Shown one piece after another: positions 38,492-49,483 of a DNA stretch of 64,000 bases. A program made the position numbers and the translations under genes. Where the stretch lies: assembly GCA_964013405.1 (NCBI GenBank), contig CAXGWI010000005.1, positions 10,792 through 74,791 of the forward strand, in the 5' to 3' direction. The notes beneath the pieces are model-generated. The model made no database searches. It was not told the DNA's origin and saw nothing but the letters and a program-made list of their open reading frames with translations. Source of the DNA: an uncultured Myxococcales bacterium. Its GTDB lineage: Bacteria > Myxococcota > UBA4151. Position 1 is the stretch's first letter; every line of letters begins with the position of its first letter.

Positions 38492-39409
38492 ATGTCCATA
38501 CGAAGCAAAGTGATCTGGATGAACGGGGAACTCGTTCCTTACGACGAAGCCAACGTTCATATCCTCTCCCACACCCTGCATTATGGCTTGGGCTTGTTTG
38601 AAGGAATTCGCAGTTATGCCCAAGAGGGTGGTGGCGGCGGCGTCTTTCATTTGGATGCCCACTTGGATCGCCTCTACGACAGTGCCAAGATGTGCCACAT
38701 CCAAGTGCCGGTTGCCAAAGAGGCGTTGCGCCAAGCCTGTCTGGAGACCCTGCGGGCCAACGACTTCGATGAAGCCTATATTCGACCCCTCATCCACTTA
38801 GGCCACGGGGCCATGGGCCTTGGAGCTCGTAGCAATCCCGTCCACGTGAGCGTGGCCACTTGGGAGTGGGGGGCCTATCTCGGCGCCGAAGGTCTAGAAA
38901 AAGGGATCAGCGTGGGGACCTCCTCCTTTGCTCGCCACGCGGTGGGTTCGACCCTGCAGCGAGCCAAGGTCGTCGGCCACTACGTGAACTCGATCCTCGC
39001 TCGCTATGAAGCCAACGATAATGGCTTCGACGAGGCGGTGATGCTCGACGCCACCGGCCTGGTGGCCGAGGGCACCGGCGAAAACATCTTCGCCATCAAA
39101 AACGGTGTGGTGAAGACCCCATCCGTTACCAATATTCTCGCCGGGATCACCCGCCGGACCGCGATCCAGATGTTGGAGCACCTCGGTTACACGGTGCAAG
39201 AGACCTTGTTTGGTCGGGACGCCCTTTATGTGGCCGATGAGGTCTTCATGACCGGGACCGCTGCTGAGATCACGCCGGTGCGGGAAGTGGACCGGCGCCC
39301 GGTCGGTGCGGGGCAGCGGGGCCCGATCACCGAGGCCTTGCAGTCTCTCTATGCCGAGGGTGTTCGGGGTCGGGTCGACTGGATGCGGCCCATGATTACG
39401 ACCTACTGA
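38492..39409 (+). CDS. ilvE: Branched-chain amino acid aminotransferase
   Basis: HTLHYGLGLFEGIR, AKVVGHYVNS (PLP Lys), EGTGENIF, LAGITR, GTAAEITP. AGGAG SD. Confidence 0.96.
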   Translation: MSIRSKVIWMNGELVPYDEANVHILSHTLHYGLGLFEGIRSYAQEGGGGGVFHLDAHLDRLYDSAKMCHIQVPVAKEALRQACLETLRANDFDEAYIRPLIHLGHGAMGLGARSNPVHVSVATWEWGAYLGAEGLEKGISVGTSSFARHAVGSTLQRAKVVGHYVNSILARYEANDNGFDEAVMLDATGLVAEGTGENIFAIKNGVVKTPSVTNILAGITRRTAIQMLEHLGYTVQETLFGRDALYVADEVFMTGTAAEITPVREVDRRPVGAGQRGPITEALQSLYAEGVRGRVDWMRPMITTY

Positions 39410-41985
39410 TGGCTCGCTGGACGCTGATCGCCTGGCTCCTGTGTGGTGCGTGCGCTGCCTGTGAAGAAGAGCCGGTTCAAAATTCGATTGAGTTGAGCCA
39501 GGGCTCAACACGAGTGGTGGCGACATTCTCACCCTTTTCGCTCCAGGTTTTCGAGGGCGATCGCTTGGTGGGGCGGACCGCCGAGCGCGGTTGTCCAGCC
39601 CTTAGCTTGGCCTTGAAAGAGGGGACTTCTGCCGAACGTTTCCATGCCCCGGAAGAGCCAACGGATGACCTGACTTGGCTTGAGAGCGTCGATGCGGAGC
39701 GACAAGAAGACGGCAGTCTCCTCATCCCACTCAAGGGCGAACTCGAAGGGGAGAGCGCCCGACTCAGCCTCGCCCCGGGCCCAGAGGGCTTTGTCGACAT
39801 CGACATTCAATTCACAGCGCCTCCCGAACAAATCGCCATGAATCGAATCTGCTGGCAGTTACGGGAGGGCGAGCACGTGGTCGGTGCCGGTGAACGCTTC
39901 GACGGTGTGGATCTCTTGGGCCGAGTGGTGCCCTTATATTTTGCCGCACCTCGAAACTACGCGTCCTCCACCAACGAGTCCCATGCACCGGTCCCGTTCT
40001 TCGCCACCACGGGGGGAATGGCCGTGCTGACGGAGACCGAGCGGGTGGGCGCCTATGATGTGGGCGCCACCGATGCCGATCACCTGCGGGCCCTCTTCCA
40101 TGGCGACCAGTTGCCCTTGCGCATCCGGGCCGGTCACATCCTCGATAATGCCGCGGCCCATGCTCGACGGATGGGCCTGCCCCCCAAACCACCCCGCTGG
40201 GTCCTTGCTCCCCAACAGTGGCGTAACGAACATGCGGTGACGGTGCGTAACGGTGAGGTCGTCTCCACCGGTCAGGATCGGGTTTTGGCCGATGCCCGTA
40301 AGCTTCGGGAGTTGGAGATTCCCGGCAGCCTCATTTGGATCGATGCGCCTTGGTCGACGGGTCACAATACCTTTGAGTGGAATCGGGTTCAGTTCCCCGA
40401 TCCCGATGCCATGTTGGCCGAACTGGAAGCATTGGGTTTCAACGCCATCGTCTGGGCTACAGAGCATATTAATACCTCTGACGATTCGGACCAGCAGGTT
40501 GGTATGCCCATCGAGGGAAGCCGGGAACTTTACGACCGCTTTGCTGAGGAGGGCTGGTTGGTCGAGGCACCGGATGGCCAGCCATTTCGCTTTCAATGGG
40601 GTCGGGGCTTTGGTGGTCATGTAGACTTCTCCAATCCCGATGCGGTGGCTGCTTATCAGGACCTTGTTCGCCCTGTGCTTGAGCAGGGGATTCGAGGATT
40701 TAAGTTGGATTATGGCGAGACCATGCGGGCGGACCTGCTCGGCATGGACAACCGAGCTGTCACCTTTCACGATGGGGCGGGCTCAGAGATTCACCACACT
40801 CGGTACAGTCGACTCTTTCATGAGGCGATGATCGGGGTTTTGAAAGAGGTTCACCCGGACGATTGGTATGTAATCACTCGGACCGGGGGGATTTACGACA
40901 CAAAGAATGGAATTACGCTCTGGCCTGGTGACTTAGACAATGACTTCCGGCGAGCCGGTGAGGTGGAAGAGGATGGACGCTTGAGCGTCGGCGGACTGCC
41001 GGCTGCAGTCAGTGCTCATTTGAGCGCCTCCATGAGTGGCTATCCCCTCTATGGCAGCGACATCGGTGGTTACCGAGGGGGGCCCTCCAACACAGAGGTT
41101 CTCCTGCGATGGTCTCAGTTCGGCGCCCTCTCTACAGTGATGCAGTTGGGCGGCGGCGGCCGGGGCGACACGACCCATAATCCTTGGGATGAGAATCTCT
41201 ATGATACCGAGATCGCCGTGCCGATCTACCGGACCTATTCTCAACTGCACATGCGACTGATGCCCACCATCGAAGGCCTGATCGACCGGGCGGTCACCGA
41301 TGGAAGCCCACCGCTGGTGCCAGTGGGTGTTGCCGCCGGAGAAGTGGAGGCTGCTTGGGCGGACCAAGAGAGTTATCTCTTTGGGCCGGACCTTCTGGTG
41401 GCACCGGTGGTGGAAGCAAGCACCGAGCGCCGGCTGTTTGCGCCCAGTGGGCAATGGTTCAGTTGGTGGGATGACAGCGTGATTGAGGGCGGTCGGGCCT
41501 ATGTGGTGGCAACACCTCTGGAGACGATGCCGATCTATCAGCGGGGAGGCAGCCTGCTGGCGATGACCGATCCCCGTCTCCGCACCGTTCTGCCCTATGC
41601 TGACGAAGATCTAGACCGTTATGGGAAGACCCTGTGGTTACGGGTGGTCCCCGGCCTCGCCGGCAACAAAAGTTGGCGCTTCGATGGAGCCTGGGGAGCC
41701 AGCGCTGGGCAGGGCAGCGTGACTGCCAGCCAGGTCACGACGGGGGCTCAGACAAGCATCAGCGTGAATCGATCCCAGCGGGGACGGACCGTCGTCGAAC
41801 TGCGACTGCGTCCAGACACCGGACCTGATGCCGGGGCCCAGGTGACCGCGGCGGGGGCGACGGTTCCCGAGGTGGCGGAAGACGACTTTTTGGACTGCGT
41901 CGCGCCCTGCATCGCTCGGGGCGATAACCACCTGTTGATCGCCGTCGATGGGGAGCGTCCACAGATTCAGGTGGGTCGTCCCTAG
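39409..41985 (+). CDS. Glycoside hydrolase family 31 lipoprotein
   Basis: GAGERF, IWIDAPW, GFKLDYGE (nucleophile), WPGD (acid/base), GSDIGGY, RWSQFG, YLFGPDLLVAPV. Confidence 0.88.
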   Translation: MARWTLIAWLLCGACAACEEEPVQNSIELSQGSTRVVATFSPFSLQVFEGDRLVGRTAERGCPALSLALKEGTSAERFHAPEEPTDDLTWLESVDAERQEDGSLLIPLKGELEGESARLSLAPGPEGFVDIDIQFTAPPEQIAMNRICWQLREGEHVVGAGERFDGVDLLGRVVPLYFAAPRNYASSTNESHAPVPFFATTGGMAVLTETERVGAYDVGATDADHLRALFHGDQLPLRIRAGHILDNAAAHARRMGLPPKPPRWVLAPQQWRNEHAVTVRNGEVVSTGQDRVLADARKLRELEIPGSLIWIDAPWSTGHNTFEWNRVQFPDPDAMLAELEALGFNAIVWATEHINTSDDSDQQVGMPIEGSRELYDRFAEEGWLVEAPDGQPFRFQWGRGFGGHVDFSNPDAVAAYQDLVRPVLEQGIRGFKLDYGETMRADLLGMDNRAVTFHDGAGSEIHHTRYSRLFHEAMIGVLKEVHPDDWYVITRTGGIYDTKNGITLWPGDLDNDFRRAGEVEEDGRLSVGGLPAAVSAHLSASMSGYPLYGSDIGGYRGGPSNTEVLLRWSQFGALSTVMQLGGGGRGDTTHNPWDENLYDTEIAVPIYRTYSQLHMRLMPTIEGLIDRAVTDGSPPLVPVGVAAGEVEAAWADQESYLFGPDLLVAPVVEASTERRLFAPSGQWFSWWDDSVIEGGRAYVVATPLETMPIYQRGGSLLAMTDPRLRTVLPYADEDLDRYGKTLWLRVVPGLAGNKSWRFDGAWGASAGQGSVTASQVTTGAQTSISVNRSQRGRTVVELRLRPDTGPDAGAQVTAAGATVPEVAEDDFLDCVAPCIARGDNHLLIAVDGERPQIQVGRP

Positions 41986-41997
41986 GCCACCACTGCC

Positions 41998-43401
41998 GTG
42001 CTCTTCAACTCGCTTATCTTTCTTCTCTTTGCGGCGGTATTTTACGCCCTCTGGCTCGGTCCATTTCGCCACCGTTCGCCCCTGTTTCGTCAGGGCGTCT
42101 TGGTGGTCTTTTCTCTGGTTTTTTACGGCTGGTGGAAATGGGCCTACATCGGCTTGATTCTGGCCAGTGGGCTTATCGATTACACTGCGGCCCTGGCGAT
42201 GAAACGCTGGCCGGCTAGCCGGCGCTGGGCCCTTTTCGCCTCGATTCTGGGCAACCTGGGCATTCTTGCAGCCTTCAAATACGCGGGCTTCCTGGCTGAG
42301 AATCTCGATCTGTTGGGCAAAAGCATCGGCCAGGACTGGGGGGTTCAAGGGGCCTTGCCCAGTTTGCTGGACACCCTGCCGGTCGGCATTAGCTTTTATA
42401 CCTTTCAGTCCATGAGTTACACCATTGATGTTTACCGTGGTCGCTTAGAACCCACGAGAAATATCGTTGGTTTCTTTGCTTATCTTAGCCTTTTCCCCCA
42501 GCTCGTGGCCGGGCCCATCGTTCGGGCTAGCAACCTCCTGCCACAAGTCCTGTTGCTGCCAAGCCCCCGACCGGAACAAGTGCGTGAGGGCTTCATTTTG
42601 GTCCTGTCGGGCTTCGTTAAAAAGGTCGTTCTAGCAGACCAACTTGCCCCTTATGTGGAGACGGCATTTGCCGGCGGTTCAACCACCGGGTCCCCCTTAT
42701 ATTGGTGGCTGGTCACTATGATGTTTGCCGTGCAGATTTACGGTGATTTCAGTGGCTATACAGACATCGCTCGAGGCCTGGGCAAATGGATGGGTTTCGA
42801 CTTTGATGTGAACTTCAACCACCCCTATCTGGCCCGTAGCTTGAGGGACTTCTGGCGCCGCTGGCACATCAGCCTTTCCACCTGGTTTAGAGACTACGTC
42901 TACATTCCATTGGGGGGATCCCGGCGGGGCGTCCTTTGGGGGATTGGTGCCATGGCGATCACCATGGTGGTCAGCGGTCTTTGGCACGGGGCCGCTTGGA
43001 CCTTCGTGGCTTGGGGAGCGATTCATGCGCTGGTGCTCGCGGTGGAGCGCCTCGGTGCCCTCGAACGGCGACTGCCGCCGGTGCTCGTTCGCAGCTACAC
43101 CCTGCTCGCGGTGCTGTTCGCTTGGGTGATGTTTCGAGCCGAGTCGATGGCCCAGGCTCAAGGCATCTGCGCCCGCATGCTCGGCTTGGGGGCGGAGCAG
43201 ACGCCTTGGGGTCATCCGATTTTTGGTCTCTTTCCCCTCAGCGTCCTCTTGGTTTTTGTCGCCTGGGAAGTAGCCGTGGCCCGACAGTGGCATCGCCCGC
43301 TGTTTCGCGACCGGCTCCTGCCCTGGACCCTGGCTGTCTTCGCCTTGATGGCCGTCTTTCTTCGTGGGCCGTCCGCCCAGTTTATCTACTTTCAGTTCTA
43401 G
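41998..43401 (+). CDS. MBOAT family O-acyltransferase (AlgI/DltB-like)
   Basis: MLFNSLIF, LPVGISFYTFQSMSY, FPQLVAGPIVR, DFWRRWHISLSTW, SGLWHGA, FIYFQF end. Confidence 0.95.
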   Translation: MLFNSLIFLLFAAVFYALWLGPFRHRSPLFRQGVLVVFSLVFYGWWKWAYIGLILASGLIDYTAALAMKRWPASRRWALFASILGNLGILAAFKYAGFLAENLDLLGKSIGQDWGVQGALPSLLDTLPVGISFYTFQSMSYTIDVYRGRLEPTRNIVGFFAYLSLFPQLVAGPIVRASNLLPQVLLLPSPRPEQVREGFILVLSGFVKKVVLADQLAPYVETAFAGGSTTGSPLYWWLVTMMFAVQIYGDFSGYTDIARGLGKWMGFDFDVNFNHPYLARSLRDFWRRWHISLSTWFRDYVYIPLGGSRRGVLWGIGAMAITMVVSGLWHGAAWTFVAWGAIHALVLAVERLGALERRLPPVLVRSYTLLAVLFAWVMFRAESMAQAQGICARMLGLGAEQTPWGHPIFGLFPLSVLLVFVAWEVAVARQWHRPLFRDRLLPWTLAVFALMAVFLRGPSAQFIYFQF

Positions 43402-43414
43402 GCAGGGGGAGTTG

Positions 43415-44356
43415 ATGAAGCGCTTGGTATGGCCGGTGGTGTTGAGCTTGGTTGTGGCCGGTGGGCTGCGGACACTCACCGGCGCTATGGGCGACAGTCG
43501 AACGGTGGATAGCAGGACTTTTTGGCGATTAAAAACCCACCCGGGGCAGCAGTTTGATGGCCTGCTGGTGGGGGATTCGAGGACCTACCGGGGCTTGTCA
43601 CCGACGGTCATGGAGCCCTTTTTATCGGGCCGGCGCGTGCATAACTTGGGCTATTCCTCGGGGCGCCTTTCCCGGGATCTCTTCGACCATGCTGAGGGCT
43701 TGTTGAATCCGGAGGCGCAGCCACCATTCATCGTCCTGGGGCTCAGTGCCCATGCATTATCGAAGGCGAAGCAGGGGCCGGAAAACCCCCAGTTGGCTCG
43801 CTATCTTGATCTGGGTGATTGGGAGCAGCGCCTCGACTTATGGGCCCGACCGCTCACCCAGCACGTTTTTAGACCGCTGGTCGCCGACCCTACCGTCGCG
43901 CTGCAAATGGCCCGGCAGGGGGAAGGCCGGGTTCGCTATCACCAGCGCTTTGACGAGCGGGGCTTTGTCGCCTCAATCACCGAGCCTGTGGATCCGCAGC
44001 GTGCTTTGAAGAGCTACGGCAAAACCCTTCGGGAGCACCCTGTGGATCCAGGGGTGGTTCGAGTCCTTATCGACCGGGTGGCCCGTTGGCATAAAGCGGG
44101 GGTGAGCGTCTATATTCTGCGTTTGCCGGTGCCCGCGGCGATGGATGACCTTGAGCGGGGCTTAGGTGGCTTTGATGAGCGGCAGCTGCGAATGGATTTA
44201 GCCCGGGCCGGTGGCCATTGGCTGGGGCTCGAGACGAAGGATCTGAGCACCTACGATGGGAGTCATTTGGATCCGGAATCCGCCCGCCGGCTCTCTCAGC
44301 GGGTGGCCGAGGCCATCGCCACCGACCTGTCCTTGGATCCGGCCCCCAAGCCCTAG
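43415..44356 (+). CDS. SGNH-like (AlgJ/DltD-type) partner of the MBOAT
   Basis: N-terminal anchor, VGDSR, NLG, YDGSHL. Directly follows the MBOAT gene. Confidence 0.72.
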   Translation: MKRLVWPVVLSLVVAGGLRTLTGAMGDSRTVDSRTFWRLKTHPGQQFDGLLVGDSRTYRGLSPTVMEPFLSGRRVHNLGYSSGRLSRDLFDHAEGLLNPEAQPPFIVLGLSAHALSKAKQGPENPQLARYLDLGDWEQRLDLWARPLTQHVFRPLVADPTVALQMARQGEGRVRYHQRFDERGFVASITEPVDPQRALKSYGKTLREHPVDPGVVRVLIDRVARWHKAGVSVYILRLPVPAAMDDLERGLGGFDERQLRMDLARAGGHWLGLETKDLSTYDGSHLDPESARRLSQRVAEAIATDLSLDPAPKP

Positions 44357-44399
44357 CGCCGGTTGGCTTGCAACGGCGGCCTTAACCCTTCATCGAGGC

Positions 44400-46823
44400 T
44401 CATTCGCCATGGGCCGAACGGGTCTCAGCGCTAATCGCATGATCCCAAAGAAGCACCGCGTCGAGATCGCCGGTAAAGGCTCGCTCTAAGCAGGCTTCAT
44501 CGGCGCCACAGCCACCCATGCGTAGAGGTGCTACATTGTTCCTGAGGGTGCCTGTTGCTGGGGCAAAGCCCGCATTCTGGCCCCGCACAAACAAGCTGAG
44601 ACCCTGGCCGTCATAGACCGTGCAGAGTTGATTCCACTGGCCGAAGGAGACCGGCATGGTGCCATCGACACGGACCTGACCTTCAAGGGTGGCGATGCTC
44701 ACCCAGGGGCGTTGATTACTGGGTTCGATGGCCAGGCGATAGGAGCCCCCCTTCTCGACCACGATAAAGCGCTCTCGCTCCTGCTGGGCCAAGGGGCGCA
44801 CCCAAGCGCAAAGGGAGAAGGTATCAAAGCCATCGAGTCGGTCATGATCGGCGATCTCCACATAAGCTCCATCTTGGAAAGCCAAGGCGCCGGCAGGCAC
44901 TTGGCGCCGATCCGCCACCATGGCCGCACCCTGGTTGATGCCGTGGTGCTCATTGCCAGAGGAATCGAGAATATCACCGTCCATGGGATAGCAGGCCATG
45001 CTGCCGAGACAGGCGGCCCCTGAACGGCAGGTGTTCGAACAAAAGTCATTGTCCTCGTCGTTACCATCATCGCAGTCCTCAACACCGAACCAGATGATCC
45101 CATCGCCACAGGTCGCCCTTAGACAAGCATCGGTGCAGGCGTCTTCGTCGCCGTCCTGGCCGTCATCACATTCCTCGCCGGCGAAATCATCGAGGATATT
45201 GTCGCCACAGACCGGCTCGCTGCAGTCTCGGCGGCAGGCATCTCGACCTTCTAGGTTGCCATCGTCGCAGGCTTCGTCGTGGTCGACGACGCCATCGCCA
45301 CACGCCGGGCGTCGGCAATCGGGACGACAGCCGTCTGTAGGATCTTCGTTACCATCATCGCATTCTTCATCGTGATCGACGCGACCGTTGCCACAGGCTG
45401 CTAACTGACAGGAGTTGCGACAGCCATCGCTGTCCACGTCATTGCCATCGTCACAGCCCTCGTAGCCGAGTTCACCAGCGCCCCGATTGGTGCGAAGAAT
45501 TCCATCGCCACACCGGGCCCGTCGACAGTCTCGGGTGCAGTCATCGCCATCTTCGTCATTGCCATCATCGCATTCTTCGATCCCGGCCCGCACGATGTTG
45601 TCGCCGCAGCGGGCGGCGACGCAGTCAGTGGTGCAGCCATCGCCGTCGACGCCGTTGCCATCGTCGCATTCTTCGACGCCGGCCCGGACATGGCCGTCGC
45701 CGCAGCGGGGCAACTCGCAGCGAGGCGTACATTCATCGCCGCCTTCCCGGTTGCCGTCATCGCAGAACTCCCGGCCCGGGTGGAGAATTCCATCGCCACA
45801 TTCGGCTTCTGCACACTGGTTGGTGCAGTCATCGGTGTTGACTCGATTGCCATCATCACAGGCTTCGTAGCCGATCTCGTTGTCGTTCAGGTCCTGCCGC
45901 ACGAGCCCATCGCCACAGCGGGCAGAGATGCAGTTGTTGAGGCAGCCGTCGAAGGGGTCATCGTTGCCATCATCGCATTCTTCCCCTGGTCCTCGTAGAC
46001 CGTCGCCACAGGCCTCGAGTCGGCAGGTGAATGAGCAGCCATCGCCGCTAAAGGTGTTGCCGTCGTCGCATTCCTCGAAGCCCCGTTCACCGGCCTCGAT
46101 GTCCGTCCGTAGAAAGCCATCGCCACATCGGGCCGGGCTGCAATCGTTCAAGCAGCCATCCACATTGGTTAAGTTGCCATCATCACAGCGTTCACCTTCG
46201 TCGATCACCCCGTCACCGCAGGGGGGCAATTGACAGGCCTCATTGCAGTCCTCGCCCCCGTCACATCCTTCACCGGGTTGCACCGTGCCATCGCCGCAGC
46301 GGGCCCGCTGGCACTGACCGTTGCAAAGGTCTTCCTCGATGAGATTTCCGTCATCGCATTGTTCGCTGCCCGGGCTGCCCTCGTCCAAATCCAGTCGCTG
46401 GATCCCGTCGCCGCAGCGGGCCACAAGGCATCGATGGGTGCAGGCGTCGTGGGCCTCCGCATTGCCATCGTCGCAGGCCTCGTAATCTGGCTCGCCTTCA
46501 ACCCGGTCCAGCCGCAGGACACCATCCCCGCAACGGGCGATGTGGCAACTGTTCAGGCAGTCGTCCGCGTCGTTGCTGTTGCCATCGTCGCAGGCTTCAA
46601 AGCCTTCATCGCCCTCGAGAAGGTCGCCTCGGCGAATCCCATCGCCACAGCGAGCCCGCTGGCACTGGTCCGTGCAAGCATCGTCGGCCACCGTGTTGTC
46701 GTCGTCACATTCTTCGCCGGAATCCAGCAGTCCATCACCACAGACGGGGTCGGGGTCGAGGACGGCGGGAGCCACCTCACAGCCCATGGCGATGAAACCC
46801 AAAATCAGAGAGATACGAGCCAT
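44400..46823 (-). CDS. DUF4215 (Myxococcus cysteine-rich repeat) lipoprotein with C-terminal LamG-like domain
   Basis: Lipobox AMGC; 17 CG[DN][GN]...EeCDDGN repeats counted by eye; C-terminal [32 protein letters not shown]. Confidence 0.9.
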   Translation of the reverse strand: MARISLILGFIAMGCEVAPAVLDPDPVCGDGLLDSGEECDDDNTVADDACTDQCQRARCGDGIRRGDLLEGDEGFEACDDGNSNDADDCLNSCHIARCGDGVLRLDRVEGEPDYEACDDGNAEAHDACTHRCLVARCGDGIQRLDLDEGSPGSEQCDDGNLIEEDLCNGQCQRARCGDGTVQPGEGCDGGEDCNEACQLPPCGDGVIDEGERCDDGNLTNVDGCLNDCSPARCGDGFLRTDIEAGERGFEECDDGNTFSGDGCSFTCRLEACGDGLRGPGEECDDGNDDPFDGCLNNCISARCGDGLVRQDLNDNEIGYEACDDGNRVNTDDCTNQCAEAECGDGILHPGREFCDDGNREGGDECTPRCELPRCGDGHVRAGVEECDDGNGVDGDGCTTDCVAARCGDNIVRAGIEECDDGNDEDGDDCTRDCRRARCGDGILRTNRGAGELGYEGCDDGNDVDSDGCRNSCQLAACGNGRVDHDEECDDGNEDPTDGCRPDCRRPACGDGVVDHDEACDDGNLEGRDACRRDCSEPVCGDNILDDFAGEECDDGQDGDEDACTDACLRATCGDGIIWFGVEDCDDGNDEDNDFCSNTCRSGAACLGSMACYPMDGDILDSSGNEHHGINQGAAMVADRRQVPAGALAFQDGAYVEIADHDRLDGFDTFSLCAWVRPLAQQERERFIVVEKGGSYRLAIEPSNQRPWVSIATLEGQVRVDGTMPVSFGQWNQLCTVYDGQGLSLFVRGQNAGFAPATGTLRNNVAPLRMGGCGADEACLERAFTGDLDAVLLWDHAISAETRSAHGE

Positions 46824-46826
46824 CGA

Positions 46827-49448
46827 TTACACCTCCTCCGTTGCTGCGAGGAGCGATTCGATGGCGGCGCTGAGTTCTTCCGCCCGGTAGGGCTTTGAAA
46901 TATAGCCATCCATGCCTGCATTTAAGCAGGCTTCTCGGTCCTCCGCTTCTGTCCTTGCGGTGACGGCTAGAATCGGCAGGCGTCGTGTAGCGCCGGCCTC
47001 CGCTTCCCAGCGGCGGATGTCACGGCTGAGGTCCAGGCCGCTCTCACGGGCCAACATGACGTCCATAAGCACCAAGTTCACGTCGGTGCCCTCGCCCTTT
47101 TGCAGGGCCCCCAGACGGTCGTTAACCTCGGCACCGGTGGCGACCAACTCCACCGTGAGGCCAAGTTTTTCCAACATGGCTTGGGCGACCAGCTGATTCA
47201 CAGGGTCGTCTTCAACCACCAAGACGAGGGCCGAGAGTGCCGCTTGTGGGTCGGCCTCTTCGTCGCTGAGGACAGGCGGTGCTTCCGTTTCAATGCCGGC
47301 CTCGTCCACGACGACGGAGAAGCCAAAGCGAGTAATACCTGCACCTTGATCGGAGAAGAAAGCCTCTCCACCCATACGCTCCGCCAAGAGTTTGAGGGCC
47401 AACAGGTCAATGCCGCACCAGCGGGCAGCCCCGGGATCGGAACGAGACCCCAGCACACCAAAGACGTTCTCTTGTTGATCGGGGGGGATGGCTGGACCCG
47501 CGTCTGATACCTCGATCCGGACAGTCCACTGACCACCCGCCCTGTGGGCCTCTCCCCGGACCGCAATGGTCCCGGTCTCGGTGTAATGGAGACTGCGACG
47601 AAGGAGACAGTTGATCATCTGGCGCAGCCGCAGGTCGTCAACGATCCCCTGCAGTTCGTGTGGGATCATGAGATCGAGAGCGAGATCGAGCCCTTTGGTC
47701 TTGGCCTCGTTGTGATGGAGTTCGACCACCGCAGAAAGGAGTTCGGCAAGGCGCACCGTGCGCTGGTTAAACTCCAGTGCGTCCGCCTCTAGATGAACCA
47801 AGTCCTGAACATCGTAGATGGTCTCCATGATGCGTTGGGCTTGGCTCTGCAACTGCTGGGCCGAGGCCCTCAATTGGATGGGCTGGCCTCCCTGGTCAGC
47901 CACCAATTGACTCAAGCCGATCACCGAATGAAGAGGGCCTCGAACCTCTTGGTTAAGTCCGACCATGAGTTGGTTGCGGGCCTCGGCCTGCCGGCGCAGG
48001 TCATCATTTCGTGCCCGAGATGCTGTCAGTTGAGCTTCGGTGGCTAACAACTGGTCTTCGATGGTCTTCAGTTCGCTGTTGAGGCTGTCTTTGGCCTGGA
48101 CCGTCGACGTAACGTCATGGGCGATAAAGATGGCCCCCTGACCATCGCCGAGGGAGATGAGTGTCGCTTGCAGTGTCCGTTCGCCGTCGCAGTGGAGCAG
48201 TCCCGTCCAGTTGAGCGACTTCCCCGCTGCCGACGGCCCTGGCAGTTCATGGTCTTTGGCCTCTACGACCTCGCTCAGGGGCACACCGACCAAGGCATCG
48301 GGCGACGCTCTACCTACGAGTTCGGCCAGTGGTGTGCCGGTGATGAGAATTTGAAGTTGGTCGTCGACAATGGCGGAAGGAAGGGCTCGAACGACCGCCT
48401 TCTGCCGCTCTTTCAGGGTGGTGAAACCGCTGGCATCAATGCAGTTGATCAGGCTGATCTCATCGTTGATGCTCTGCCGGCTGAGGATGAGATGGTGACC
48501 ATCATGCTCCCACTGCAGAGGCTCGGCACCTTCGAGGAAGCCATCGACGACCTCGGCGCCAAGACCTCGCTGGTCTAAGACTTCGTGCAGGGATTGACCG
48601 CTCTCCATCGGGCCGAGCAACCGTGTCGCCTCCGGATTGGTGGCGACGATGTAGTTGCGCTCAAGAAGGATGCAGCCTTCCCCCAGGCTCTCTAGAAGGC
48701 TTTGGACGATCGGGAGGCGGTGGGCGCCGCCGGCGAGGGTGCGGCTGGCCTGCTGGAGTGAATCCGTCGCTTCCGCGTCCTCACCAAGAAGGGTGGAAAG
48801 ACCATCTGAAACCCAGAGCAGGCGTCCGCCTACCTTCCGTCCTGTCCGCCAGGCGATGAACAGGGTCAGCAGGACACAGATGCCCACAACCAGGGCGACT
48901 CGGTCCCGATACATTTCAATTTGATCGGCGGTGAGTTGATGCCGCTTTTGCGTGTCACTACGGTAGCTTTGGATCAATCCGAGCAGATCTTGGTACAGCA
49001 AGATTTGGGTTGGCTCCCAGCGCTTCGTTAGGTCCGATCGAGCCCGGTCGAACTGCTGCTCTCTGGCCAGTTCCACGATGGCGTAGCTCGCCTTTTCAAG
49101 GGCGCCAAAATGGGTCTCTGCGGCTTGCAGATGGAGTTTGTGCGCTTCGGATTCCGCCAGGGTCTTTAGACATTCTAGCAAGCCAGTTCGTTGGCTTTGC
49201 ATGCCTTCCAAGCGACTGGCGAACTGCTTGGGTTCCAGGGGGACGACCAGGCGCCGAAGGGAGTGGTCCCAATCCACAAGTCGGCGCTCACATTTAAGGA
49301 TCTGCAGCGCTTGGTCCCAGTCTTCTGGCGCTTCGCCTTTGTGAATGTTTTGGGTCTTATGAAAGGCGTAGAGAGAGAAACCCCCGGCGGCGAGGACCAA
49401 GACCACGAGAAAGGTAAAGCCCAGTTGCAGGTGTGAACGCAGTTTCAT
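46827..49448 (-). CDS. Membrane-bound hybrid histidine-kinase-like protein with degenerate kinase core and intact receiver (pseudokinase)
   Basis: Two TM segments flanking a four-helix-bundle-like sensor; PAS-like regions; H-box reads LNQEVRGPL; N and G2 boxes degenerate; REC has EDD, LMD, T and KP. Confidence 0.8.
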   Translation of the reverse strand: MKLRSHLQLGFTFLVVLVLAAGGFSLYAFHKTQNIHKGEAPEDWDQALQILKCERRLVDWDHSLRRLVVPLEPKQFASRLEGMQSQRTGLLECLKTLAESEAHKLHLQAAETHFGALEKASYAIVELAREQQFDRARSDLTKRWEPTQILLYQDLLGLIQSYRSDTQKRHQLTADQIEMYRDRVALVVGICVLLTLFIAWRTGRKVGGRLLWVSDGLSTLLGEDAEATDSLQQASRTLAGGAHRLPIVQSLLESLGEGCILLERNYIVATNPEATRLLGPMESGQSLHEVLDQRGLGAEVVDGFLEGAEPLQWEHDGHHLILSRQSINDEISLINCIDASGFTTLKERQKAVVRALPSAIVDDQLQILITGTPLAELVGRASPDALVGVPLSEVVEAKDHELPGPSAAGKSLNWTGLLHCDGERTLQATLISLGDGQGAIFIAHDVTSTVQAKDSLNSELKTIEDQLLATEAQLTASRARNDDLRRQAEARNQLMVGLNQEVRGPLHSVIGLSQLVADQGGQPIQLRASAQQLQSQAQRIMETIYDVQDLVHLEADALEFNQRTVRLAELLSAVVELHHNEAKTKGLDLALDLMIPHELQGIVDDLRLRQMINCLLRRSLHYTETGTIAVRGEAHRAGGQWTVRIEVSDAGPAIPPDQQENVFGVLGSRSDPGAARWCGIDLLALKLLAERMGGEAFFSDQGAGITRFGFSVVVDEAGIETEAPPVLSDEEADPQAALSALVLVVEDDPVNQLVAQAMLEKLGLTVELVATGAEVNDRLGALQKGEGTDVNLVLMDVMLARESGLDLSRDIRRWEAEAGATRRLPILAVTARTEAEDREACLNAGMDGYISKPYRAEELSAAIESLLAATEEV

Positions 49449-49483
49449 GGCCAGCCCGCTTGATTCTGCCTCAGGTCGCCGCT

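Noticed and set aside
45000..46750. Recurring GCCATCGTCGCA / CATCGCCACA motifs resembling a repeat array or CRISPR
   Set aside because: They are codons of the CDDGN/CGDG protein repeats. Spacing is variable and in frame, and there are no cas genes.
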